From the IMG/VR virus record IMGVR_UViG_3300028571_000013, positions 61,190 to 125,189 of that record: a stretch of 64,000 nt of DNA. The stretch is one strand, 5' to 3'. The DNA comes from a virus. Position 1 is the stretch's first letter. Each line of letters begins with the position of its first letter. Positions 9,115 to 19,300 of this stretch are shown in pieces. Below the pieces are notes generated by a model, which searched no databases, had not been told where the DNA came from, and worked only from the letters and a program-made list of their open reading frames with translations. The translations under genes were made by a program, and so were the position numbers.

Positions 9115-10008
9115 ATGCCAAATAATAGAGTGTTTTACGCTTCCCAAGGTGTTAGTGTGGGAGGCACAACGGTTCAGGGCGCTCAAAGCGTCGGAATCAC
9201 AACAAACTTTAATCTAGAGCAAGCTTTCCAACTAGGTCAATTGTCCCTTTATGACAATATCTCTCTTGATCCTGAGGTAGAGATCACAGTATCTAAGGTT
9301 CTAGATGGTGAAGATTCAATTTGGAATCTTGCTGGTACCACTGGAACAAGCCTTATTGATAATGCTAATGATAGCACAACAGTAGTAGTTGGTATTGGTA
9401 GCGATATTGCCAGCTCACTTACTAGTAGTAGTGCTGTTACTTGCACAGGTATGTTCATTTCGTCTGTTAGCTATACGTTCCCTGTTGACGGTAATCTATC
9501 AGAAGAAATCACTTTTATCGGCAATGCTAAGGCTCTTAGCGGTAGCGTTAGTGCTCCAGGCGTAACATCAAGTCAAGTATTACGTAGACAGAATGTTAAT
9601 ATTGCAGGTTCAACCATACCAACAGAAGTTAGTGGTAAGAATATTACAAGCATTACTATCAGTGCTGATCTTGGTAGAGAAACAATGTATAAGCTTGGTA
9701 GTCTTGCCCCATTTCATCGCTTTGTAAATTTTCCACTCGAAGTTACATGTGAATTTGAAGTTAGTGCCACTGAGCTAGATGGTGTTGCAGTTAGTATTCC
9801 AAGTGCTGCTTGTAGCGGTTTACCAGCTAATGATAGAAGCATTCTTGTTAAGATTTGTGACGCAACTGGTACCGATAGATATGAGTTTGATCTTGGCACC
9901 AAATGCAAGCTTACTAGTGTTAACTATAGTGGTGGCGATACTGGCGGCGGCAATGCCACAGTTACCTACTCCTATAGTACCTACAATGAGCTAGATATCG
10001 TCGGCTGA
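9115..10008 (+). CDS. Major tail (tube) protein
   Basis: GGAG RBS, followed by a terminator; two internal beta repeats (QAFQLGQ / MYKLGS); position upstream of chaperones and the TMP. Confidence 0.7.
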   Translation: MPNNRVFYASQGVSVGGTTVQGAQSVGITTNFNLEQAFQLGQLSLYDNISLDPEVEITVSKVLDGEDSIWNLAGTTGTSLIDNANDSTTVVVGIGSDIASSLTSSSAVTCTGMFISSVSYTFPVDGNLSEEITFIGNAKALSGSVSAPGVTSSQVLRRQNVNIAGSTIPTEVSGKNITSITISADLGRETMYKLGSLAPFHRFVNFPLEVTCEFEVSATELDGVAVSIPSAACSGLPANDRSILVKICDATGTDRYEFDLGTKCKLTSVNYSGGDTGGGNATVTYSYSTYNELDIVG

Positions 10009-10036
10009 TCGTAGTATCATATTGTTGGGAACATAG

Positions 10037-10066
10037 TGCGGGGGAGGATTCTTCCCCCGCATTTCA
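10037..10066 (+). terminator. Rho-independent terminator / attenuator between the tail tube paralogues
   Basis: Stem TGCGGGGGA (10037-45) / TCCCCCGCA (10053-61) followed by a short T run. Confidence 0.7.
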
Positions 10067-10090
10067 CTTATATTTAGGAGTAGTCACAAC

Positions 10091-10951
10091 ATGGGTAATA
10101 GAATTTTTTATGCTTGCCAAGCTGTGGCAATCAATGGGGCCCCCGTTAATGGCGCTCAAAGTGTTGGTATTACCACGAGTTTTGATTTAGAACCGGTATT
10201 TCAATTGGGTCAGATCAAACCGGTTGATATCTTAAATATATCTCCTAATGTTGAAGTCACTCTTACGAGAGCTCTTACTAGTCAAAATGCTACTGTTTGG
10301 AGTGGAGATTTTATTACTAATGTTGGATCGGCTAATAAGACTATTTGTATAGCTATTGGAGATGACACAGCTCCACTGTTAACTTCCAGTACCGCACAAA
10401 TATATTGTACTGGTGCTGGTATTAGTGGTGTAACATATACATTTCCGGTTGATGGAATATTTACCGAAGAAGTCACCTTCGTTGCTCAACATAAACAAAT
10501 TGGTGGTTGTGCAATTGTTATGTCTGAAGATACTACTTCAAAAGCAAAAACTAGACAACATTATAGTAGTGGCGCTCCATCTTTGGTTACCAGTGCCGGT
10601 AATCTGACAAATATTACCATTAGCACATCTGTTGGTCGTGAAAATTTGTTTAAGCTAGGTCAATATCAATCATATCATAATTATGCTAATTTACCAGCTG
10701 AAGTAAGTGTGGAATTTGAAGTTAGCGCAACGTCTACTGATGGTATAGCCCTAGCTACCGCAGGATCTTGTAGTAGTCCTACTGGTGGAGCATTTGATGA
10801 ACAAAATATTGTTTTAAATATATGTGGTAAAACATTTACAATGGATAAGTGTAAATTATCTAATGTTACATATGGTGGTGGTGATACAAGTGGTGGAAAT
10901 GCCACTATCACATTTTCATATACAACATATAATAATTTAACAGTTAGTTAA
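10091..10951 (+). CDS. Tail tube protein paralogue
   Basis: Colinear with the 9115 protein (NRxFYAxQ, GAQSVGITT, YTFPVDG, GGDTxGGNAT). Confidence 0.75.
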   Translation: MGNRIFYACQAVAINGAPVNGAQSVGITTSFDLEPVFQLGQIKPVDILNISPNVEVTLTRALTSQNATVWSGDFITNVGSANKTICIAIGDDTAPLLTSSTAQIYCTGAGISGVTYTFPVDGIFTEEVTFVAQHKQIGGCAIVMSEDTTSKAKTRQHYSSGAPSLVTSAGNLTNITISTSVGRENLFKLGQYQSYHNYANLPAEVSVEFEVSATSTDGIALATAGSCSSPTGGAFDEQNIVLNICGKTFTMDKCKLSNVTYGGGDTSGGNATITFSYTTYNNLTVS

Positions 10952-10973
10952 TAATTAATTTTTTTAGGAAATT

Positions 10974-12005
10974 ATGCAGGATATTGAAGGACTAGTATAT
11001 AGAATCATTAATTCATATTATTATGTTGATATTAATAATATAAGTTATAAGGTGTTATCTCCAAGTTTAAAAATTAAACAACAAGCTCATAATATATACT
11101 TATCTATTCTAAATAGTAATAAGTTTGATGATACCAGCTGGATCCGTAAAACTGATGCTCAAGCTATTCTAAATCATAATAAAATCTGGGATAATGAGAA
11201 GGATGAACAATTTAAGATATTAAGTAATCGTCTTGATGATATGAAAATTGAATTATATCTTAAGTTTCTTGATCCTGTAATGAAGAAGAAAATAAAAGCT
11301 AGTATAGAAACTGGTAAAAATAAAATACAAGAGATGTTACACCTTAAAAATTCTATGGATCATTTAACTCTTGAAAATCATGCAGAGGGTATTAAAAATG
11401 AACATATTATATTAAATACGGTGTATGATATAAATGATAATTTGGCGATTCAAGATACTGTGGACACGAGATTATTTGAATCATTTGTTGTTGCGATAAA
11501 TAAAGCATCTATAGGAATGGAAATTCTAAGGGAAGTTGCTAGAAGTGACTTATGGAAATCATTCTGGGATGCAGCAAAAGTAAATGTTTTTGAGTTGCCT
11601 GCATATAATTGGACAGATGAACAAAGACTATTAATTAATTTGAGCAAAATGTATGACTCTGTTAGAGAACATCCTGAATCACCAGAGGATGATGTTATAG
11701 CAGATGATGATGCATTGGATGGATGGATGATGTTTCATAGAAGAAAAATTGAAAAGGAACGTAAGAAAAATAAATTAATGGATAGTGTTGGTGGAAAATA
11801 TAAGAACGCTGGGGAGGTATTTATTGTGACGAACTCTGCTGAAGAAGCAAAAGAAATTTATGGTTTAAATGATCCAGAAGCTATGGCAGCAATTAATCAT
11901 ATGAAAACATTAGCACAGACTGCTGAACAACCTATTCAATGGGCTGACTTACCTCACGTTAAGGCTGATTTACAGAATAAGCTAAAACAAAAACACAAAA
12001 AGTGA
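10974..12005 (+). CDS. Hypothetical protein, probable tail assembly chaperone
   Basis: Between the tube genes and the TMP; YDSVREHPESPEDDVIADDDALDGW motif. Confidence 0.5.
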   Translation: MQDIEGLVYRIINSYYYVDINNISYKVLSPSLKIKQQAHNIYLSILNSNKFDDTSWIRKTDAQAILNHNKIWDNEKDEQFKILSNRLDDMKIELYLKFLDPVMKKKIKASIETGKNKIQEMLHLKNSMDHLTLENHAEGIKNEHIILNTVYDINDNLAIQDTVDTRLFESFVVAINKASIGMEILREVARSDLWKSFWDAAKVNVFELPAYNWTDEQRLLINLSKMYDSVREHPESPEDDVIADDDALDGWMMFHRRKIEKERKKNKLMDSVGGKYKNAGEVFIVTNSAEEAKEIYGLNDPEAMAAINHMKTLAQTAEQPIQWADLPHVKADLQNKLKQKHKK

Positions 12006-12027
12006 TATATCTAAAGGAAAATAATTT

Positions 12028-12339
12028 ATGAAAAATAACCAATCTTCTAGTCGCAGAGAAATTATAGAACAAATTGAAATAAGATTTAAAACTATAATGA
12101 TAGGCTCTTTAGCAAGATTCGAAAAAGAATTTGGTCATTTATGGAATAATAATGCTGAGCCATCCAATAATCAAGAAGAATATTTTAGTGAAAAGTGGGA
12201 AGATTTGAGACATGATCTATTGGACCATGGAAATAATCAAATCCGTCAAGGAATAGAAGAATTGAATATGTATTTAAATAATGTTGAGAAATATAGACTA
12301 CAAGTGTTTTATAATCATAACAAGGAGAATAATCGATGA
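12028..12339 (+). CDS. Hypothetical protein
   Basis: AAGGA RBS; coupled to the next gene. Confidence 0.6.
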   Translation: MKNNQSSSRREIIEQIEIRFKTIMIGSLARFEKEFGHLWNNNAEPSNNQEEYFSEKWEDLRHDLLDHGNNQIRQGIEELNMYLNNVEKYRLQVFYNHNKENNR

Positions 12340-13211
12340 GCGAAACTTTTAAGACAAAGATTCAGGATAAAGAAGTTACATTCTTAGTTAGGATGCCTAA
12401 CCTACAAAATCAGAGAGAAGGACAAAAGATCTATAATCAAGCATTCTCGGATGCTGTTAAATCTGGTTCTATTGTTAGAGCTAAATTAGATGATCTATTA
12501 ACAGAACAAGGATTATGGGACGATAATAAACAGGCTAGATTTTTAGCCATTCAAAGAGAGCTTAATGATAGTGAAAAGAAATTGGCTGTTGGTGGTATTT
12601 CTCTAAAAGAAGCCAAAAATATAGCTATTTCTATGAAAAGAGTAAGAGATGAACTAAGAGAGTTAATTTCTGTTAGAACCAACTTAGACACCCATACTGC
12701 CGAAGGACAAGCTGATAACTCTAGATTTAATTATCTAGTTTCATGTTGTGTGGTGTATAATGATAACAAGAAGTCTTATTTTAATAATTATGAAGATTAC
12801 TTGAATAGGTCCTCAGATCCCGTTGGTATACTTGGTGCACAAAAATTAGCATCAATGTTATATGGATTGGATTCAGATTTTGAGAAAAAACTACCAGAAA
12901 ATAAGTTTTTATTGGATTATAAGTTTATTAATGATGATTTGAGATACATTAATAGAGAAAGTCAGTTGATTGATGAAGATGGCAGACTGGTTGATGAAAA
13001 TGGAAGATACATTAATGATAGTGGGAAATTTGTTGATAGGGAAGGAAATTTGGTTAATGAAAAGGGAGATTATGTTGTAGATTTTACTCCGTTTGTTGAT
13101 GATGAAGGTAAGCCAATAGTATTGGAACAGAAACCAAATGAAAAACCAGTCATTGACCAATCGACTCCGGAACCCAAACCAACAACAGAAACACCCCCTG
13201 TTAGCTCATGA
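12336..13211 (+). CDS. Probable tail assembly chaperone with short (D/N)xxGxxV repeats
   Basis: AAGGAG RBS; IDEDGRLVDENGRYINDSGKFVDREGNLVNEKG repeats; directly precedes the TMP. Confidence 0.5.
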   Translation: MSETFKTKIQDKEVTFLVRMPNLQNQREGQKIYNQAFSDAVKSGSIVRAKLDDLLTEQGLWDDNKQARFLAIQRELNDSEKKLAVGGISLKEAKNIAISMKRVRDELRELISVRTNLDTHTAEGQADNSRFNYLVSCCVVYNDNKKSYFNNYEDYLNRSSDPVGILGAQKLASMLYGLDSDFEKKLPENKFLLDYKFINDDLRYINRESQLIDEDGRLVDENGRYINDSGKFVDREGNLVNEKGDYVVDFTPFVDDEGKPIVLEQKPNEKPVIDQSTPEPKPTTETPPVSS

Positions 13212-13248
13212 TATCAGTGTAGTATTTGATTATATAAAACCTTGTAAT

Positions 13249-13286
13249 AATCCTCCATATTCCATGAGTATGGGGGATTTTTATTT
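13249..13286 (+). terminator. Hairpin terminator before the TMP gene
   Basis: AATCCTCCATATTC-CAT-GAGTATGGGGGATT followed by TTTATTT. Confidence 0.6.
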
Positions 13287-13314
13287 CATCAATATTATGG
13301 AGCTATAATTATAT

Positions 13315-16300
13315 ATGGCAGCAGCATTTAATTTGACAGCACAGATTAATTTGAGAGGACCAACCAACACAAAATCAATTGCTTCGTCTATTAGAAAGCA
13401 ATTATCTAATATCAAGGTTAAGATAGATCTTGATATGAAAGGATCTTCAGCCAAAAGTATAGCTCTGGTTAATAAAGGTTTACAAAGCATAGCTACAAAT
13501 GCATCTAAAGCTAATTCTAATATTAATCAACTTAATGCTAGCATTCAACAATTAGCGACTAGTCTTGGTGGACTTGCAGCTTCTAGTCCACAAGCATTAG
13601 CGGCCACAGGTAAAGCGGCAAGTTCAGCTGGTAAGTCTGTTTCTACTGCAACTTCTCAGATGCAAGAATTCGGTAAACAGTCTGGACTAGCTATTCGTAG
13701 ATTTGCTGCCTTCAGTACAGTTACTGGCGTAATTTATAGTTTAACTAATGCTATTACTAGTGCTTTTAAAGAATTTATTACATTTGATAAAGAACTGGTC
13801 AGATTATCTCAAGTTACTGGATCGAGCATGACTGCTTTATCCGATATTACAAAAGAAATAACCAGACTATCAACTACTCTGGGCGTTACATCTTCTGACT
13901 TATTACAAGTTTCTGTAACCTTAGCTCAAGCCGGCTTATCTGCACAAGATACTAAAACAGCACTTGAAGCATTGGCTAAATCAGCTTTAGCGCCATCTTT
14001 CGACGATTTAAATAGTACAGTAGAAGGTAGTATTGCTTTAATGAGGCAGTTTGGTATTAGTTCTGGAGAGCTAGAAGGCGCTCTTGGTAGTATCAATGCT
14101 GTTGCTGCTGCATTTGCTGTGGAAGCTAGCGATATTATCGTTGCTATACAAAGAACCGGTGGTGTGTTTGCTGCTGCTAGTAATGGTGTTAGTCAGGGTA
14201 CGGATGCTCTTAATGAATTCATATCAGTATTTACTAGCGTACGAGCTACTACTCGTGAAAGTGCCGAAACTATCGCTACGGGTTTAAGAACAATATTTAC
14301 CAGAATACAGAGAGGAGCAACAATAGAAACTCTCAAAGAATATGGTGTTGTATTAACAGACTTAGAAGGGAAATTCGTTGGACCATATGAGGCTGTTCGC
14401 AGATTAAGTGAGGGTCTTAATGGCCTTGATACTCGTGACTTGAGATTCTCTAAGGTTGTTGAAGAACTTGGTGGATTTAGACAAATTGGTAAGGTTATTC
14501 CTCTTATCCAGCAGTTTGCAACAGCAGAAAATGCCTTATCAATTGCTCAAAAGGGTCAGAGTTCTTTGAGTAAGAATGCTGTAGAAGCTCAAAAATCGTT
14601 AGCTATTCAGTTTGAAAAAACTAGACAAGCCTTCGTTGCCCTCATTAGAGATGTTGGCAATAGTAGTACCTTTAGAACAATTGCAACGATAAGTTTAACT
14701 ACCGCTAATGCTTTCGTATCTCTTGCATCAGCACTTAAGCCATTGTTACCAATGTTAACGGCTCTTGCTGCTATTAAGGGAGCATCAATTCTTAGTGAAT
14801 TTACTTCTGGTTTTGTAGGAGGTCTTGGTAAAGGCGCTCCTGATGGAGGAGACGACGGAGGTGGTGGTGGCGGTGCAGGGGGTGGAGGCTCTGGCGGCGG
14901 TGGTTCGGGCGGTAAGAGTGGCAAGAGTGGCAAGGGGAAAGGTCCAGCAAGCTCTAAGGTTGTAATGGCTAATACCCATGCTACAGCTGCAAATACTTCA
15001 CAACTATCTATAGTTAATACCACATTAGTAGGAATGATTACTAGTTTAAATAACTTAACTCAGATTATTGATAATGCATTTCCACCATCTGGAGGAACCG
15101 GATCTGGTCCGACAACAGCTAGTAAGGGTGGCAGAATATTAGGATTTAAACGAGGGGGTAGTGTTCCTGGTTATGGTAGAGGAGATAAAGTATCGGCTCT
15201 ATTAGAACCAAAAGAATATGTTATGAGTCGTGATGCTGTTGAGAAATATGGCACGGGTACATTTGATGCCATGAATAGTGGAGGAGCTATTCAGAGATTT
15301 AGTGTTGGTGGAGGTACTGATGCTATATCAACATATAAAGCAAGCTCTATGGGGCTTAATAGAAGTTTAATGCTTGGAACTCCATTAACTAAAGAACAAC
15401 AAAAAATCAACAAAGACTTAAGTAAACAAGCCAAAGATAAATTACCAAAACAATTATATTCTGGTATCGGAGAAAATAGACTCAACATTATTAAAAAACA
15501 GGTTGGAGACAAGCTACAAGAATCAAAAGGTAAAACATTTTCACTGCCTGGATTTTTATCTACCAGTTCAGATAGTTCTATTGCAATGGAGTTTGCTCGC
15601 CAAGGACTTTTGACTATTTTGACCAACCCTAAGAAAAAAGGCATTAATACCAATAAACGAGTGAGCACAGAATATGATCTGGAAAAAGAATTTATATTAC
15701 CTCAAAATTCTAAATTTAAAGTCTTAAAAGCAGAACAAAGTCAGTCTGCTGTTCGTCCTGGTAGTTCTTTGAAAAAAGAAAAATCTAATTTAGATGTTCA
15801 ACAACTAGCTTCGGGTGGAGCTATACAAAAATTTGGTAAAGGGTCGTCTGGTGGCAAGGGAGTTAAAGCATCTAAGCCTAATAGTCAATCATTAGTTGAC
15901 CTACCTCCAGACAAGGATACGCATTTTACACACCTAGACGCAAGAGTAGAAGCTAAAGATTTCCCCAAAGAATTTCAAAACTATTTAAAGAAAAACAAAA
16001 AAACATCAGTCGTTGATGCATTATATTCTAGTATGGGTTTAGATTTACCAAGAAACTGGAACCTAGACTGGAGCCAGTCACCTAATAGTGCTGGTTCATC
16101 TAGTAAATTGCTATCAGACTATATATCTAAGCCTAGCAATGAGATATTTAAAACATTATTAGGTAATAGAAAATCCTCTTCTGCGGCTGAAAAATATGGT
16201 TTTGAAGGTAGAGAAAAGTCTATAGCTGCTGGCTTTCTGTCCGAGGCACAAGATAATATTAGATCTAATTTGGCATCTTTGATTAAAAGTAATAGTAAGA

Positions 16301-19300
16301 AATTCTATGATACTGACAAAGATGATGTCTCCACGACCATGCCTGATCTTTTAGAAAGAAGTATAGGTAAGTCTTTACCTAAATCAAAATCACCAGTGCT
16401 TATGGAGGCATTAAAAACTAAAATAGCTTATGTAGGCAAGAATAGTAAAGGTAAGGACTATAGAGATAGAATTAATAGGGAAATGAGGAAAGTACTAAAC
16501 TCAAATAAAAAATCTAATGGAGGATTCATACAAAAATTTGCTGATGCTGGAGAAGTTGATATTGATGAAAGCTTATTAAGACCTTATGGACAAGTTGGTG
16601 TTTTAGCTAAAAAGAGTCTTAAGGGTGATGCGGGATTAAGTATAGAAGAGGCCGTTAGGGAGGTTCTAGTTAAACAATTAGCCGGGCTAGGTAATGAAGC
16701 TGGTATAGCAGAACTAACCGCCATTCCTGCAAACCTACGCAGGAAGCTTAGGAAAGACATGATTTCTAAAGGGCAGATAGATTTACTAGGAGCATCTGAT
16801 GTAATTAATAATGCTCTGTCCTCTAAGGGAGTACAAGATGCAGAGTATGCTGCTAAAGTTGAAAAAATGAAAAAGGTTGGTGTTGTTGGATTAGTAGATG
16901 GTCAGGGTAAATTAGATTATTCTAAAGATTTTGATAATTGGGATATTGGTAATAATCGTACAGTCTACGCTTATGCTAGAGGTTTCAAGTCCCAATATTT
17001 TGACGCTGTTACTAAAATGCAACAGCAAACAGCATCTGCTAAGGGTCAGTTTGCAGAAAATCTACAATATGCTGATATATTTACTGGTGAACCACTAGCT
17101 TTTGATTTTGATGAAACTTTAGTTGCTGGAGCAGATATTCTTAATGATAAAGGTAAACCAGATATTCCTAAATATTCTGATAGAACCATTGTGCAAGAAG
17201 CTCTAAAGAAGGGTAGATTAACAAAACTAGGAGCTAAGTTAAAATCTCTTATAGATGCCGACCCAGACTTTATTAAACAAACTAGAATTCTTACTGCTAG
17301 ACCACAAAATACTGAAGATCTTTTGGCACAGACCCTACAGAGTTTTGGACTACCATATAAAGCTGATGATGTTACTGGAGTAAGTCAAGGTCCTGGTACA
17401 GATATTGCTGGTGCCAAAGCGGCTAATTTAAGCAAGACAGAAAAATTAATTGATGATAATCTAGATAATGTTAGGGCTGCTGAAAAATCTGGTAAAAAAG
17501 CTTATCAATATAGAGAACCAGGATTAGCTCCAGAATATCAAGAATTGATGGGTCAAGGAAATATTGAGGGTGCCGTAGTAGAGGCGGCATTAGCAGAGCT
17601 TGGAGCTAGCTTACCGCCAATCGCCCAACTAGAACAGAATAGAGCCGTAGACTTTGAGAATGGATTAGGCCCAGCTGCTAAATATTTTGGTATCCCAAGC
17701 AATATTCCAACAGAAGTAAAGAGAACTCTTACCGGTTATGCTTTTGATAGAGCTCGTAAAGAGTTTGGTAGATATTATGATGAGAATCCTAGTAAGTGGT
17801 TTGAGGGTGGACAAATTCAAGCTTTTGATGAGGGGTCTATGGGAGGCGTTAAGCCAGATAGATCAACTAAGAATAAAAGAAGAGGGGCCTATGGTACTCG
17901 TGGCTTTACGCCACTGTCCCCATCAGAGCACTCCTCATTTGCTGCACAAGCTTATAGAGATGCTGATAGTGATGATAGTGTTGAGTGGTCAGATCATTAT
18001 GGCATGAAGATGCCAAAAGTATTAGCTGATTATTATGATAAACTTAATAAGTGGACTTTTGAATCTGGTGGTGCTGGTATTGCTATTGGTAAGAAATTGG
18101 TTAAGCTACCTGATGATATAGATCCAGAAGCTTTAGAAGCACTTAAACCAGATTTAATTAAACAATATGATGGATGGTATACAGAGGTAGAAGAAGTATT
18201 ACCATTTGGTAGACCAACAGAAACAAAGAATCCAGCACTAGCAGCTAAACAAGCTAGAGCATCAGCAGCACTAACGGCAGAAAGTCGTAATACTGCTTAT
18301 ACACAAGCAGAGGATGCTATAGGTTCATTTAAGAAAACTGGACAATTATCTTTTGATCCATCAATTGATAGTCATATCAAATCATCTTTTCCAAGCTATA
18401 TTAGTGAATTAGAGGATGAATTAAAATCAACAAGTGATCCCGATGAAAAAATCTCTATTCAGCGCAAACTATCTAAGGCACAAAAGGCCTGGCCAGATTA
18501 CCAGGCACTAACTAAGGGAACATCAGTACCAAATCAAGGTAGAGTAACAGCGCTATCAGAAACCTTATATACTTTATTAGATCAGTATGGTAGTGGAGAT
18601 GTTGCCGTATCCGAACTAGATAATATTCTTAAGGCTATGGGACAGAAACTACCAGTTAAAAAAGCCCATGGAGGAATACTACAAAAATTTAGTATTGGTG
18701 GTAAACTTTCAAGAGGATCGAATGTTCAGAATACAACGCAAGGGTTTGCGGTTGGAGGCGAAACAGAAGCTTTAAGTGACCTTAGAGATTGGACAAACGT
18801 TCAACAAGATCCAAACTTCCAACAAGCTGTTACTGACTTTGAAGGACTCTACGGCAGAAACAACGTCATGAATAAGCCTCAGTTTGATGCTTATGATAAA
18901 GATAAGAGTAAAACCCCCAAAATAGGAATGGACGAAGGATTAAGTGGGGCCTCGTACAAGGTTACTCCGGGAATGATAGAGCAGAAGGGCGCAGAATATC
19001 AAGATATTATAGCTAATAGGGTAGCAGGATATCGAAAAGCAAATAAAGTTCAGCAAGCAGCGATTGAAAAAAATAAGATTAAGTCCCCAGCACAACAAGC
19101 TATGGAGGACGCCCCATTCTTTAAAGACGCTCGTATACAAAAGGCTCTTGAGGATCAAGGAAAGGGGATGAGAGACTACGAACCTCGTCCTAAGCAATAT
19201 GCTATTGGAGGAATACTACAAAAATTTGCAGATGGAGGAGCGCCCGGTAAGAAATATTCTTGGAGAGAAAGTAAAGGAGTTATGGATTCCTTTAATTCTA

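Noticed and set aside
10974-13211. Programmed -1 frameshift between tail chaperone genes
   Set aside because: Each ORF has its own RBS and start, and no convincing slippery site linking frames was identified.
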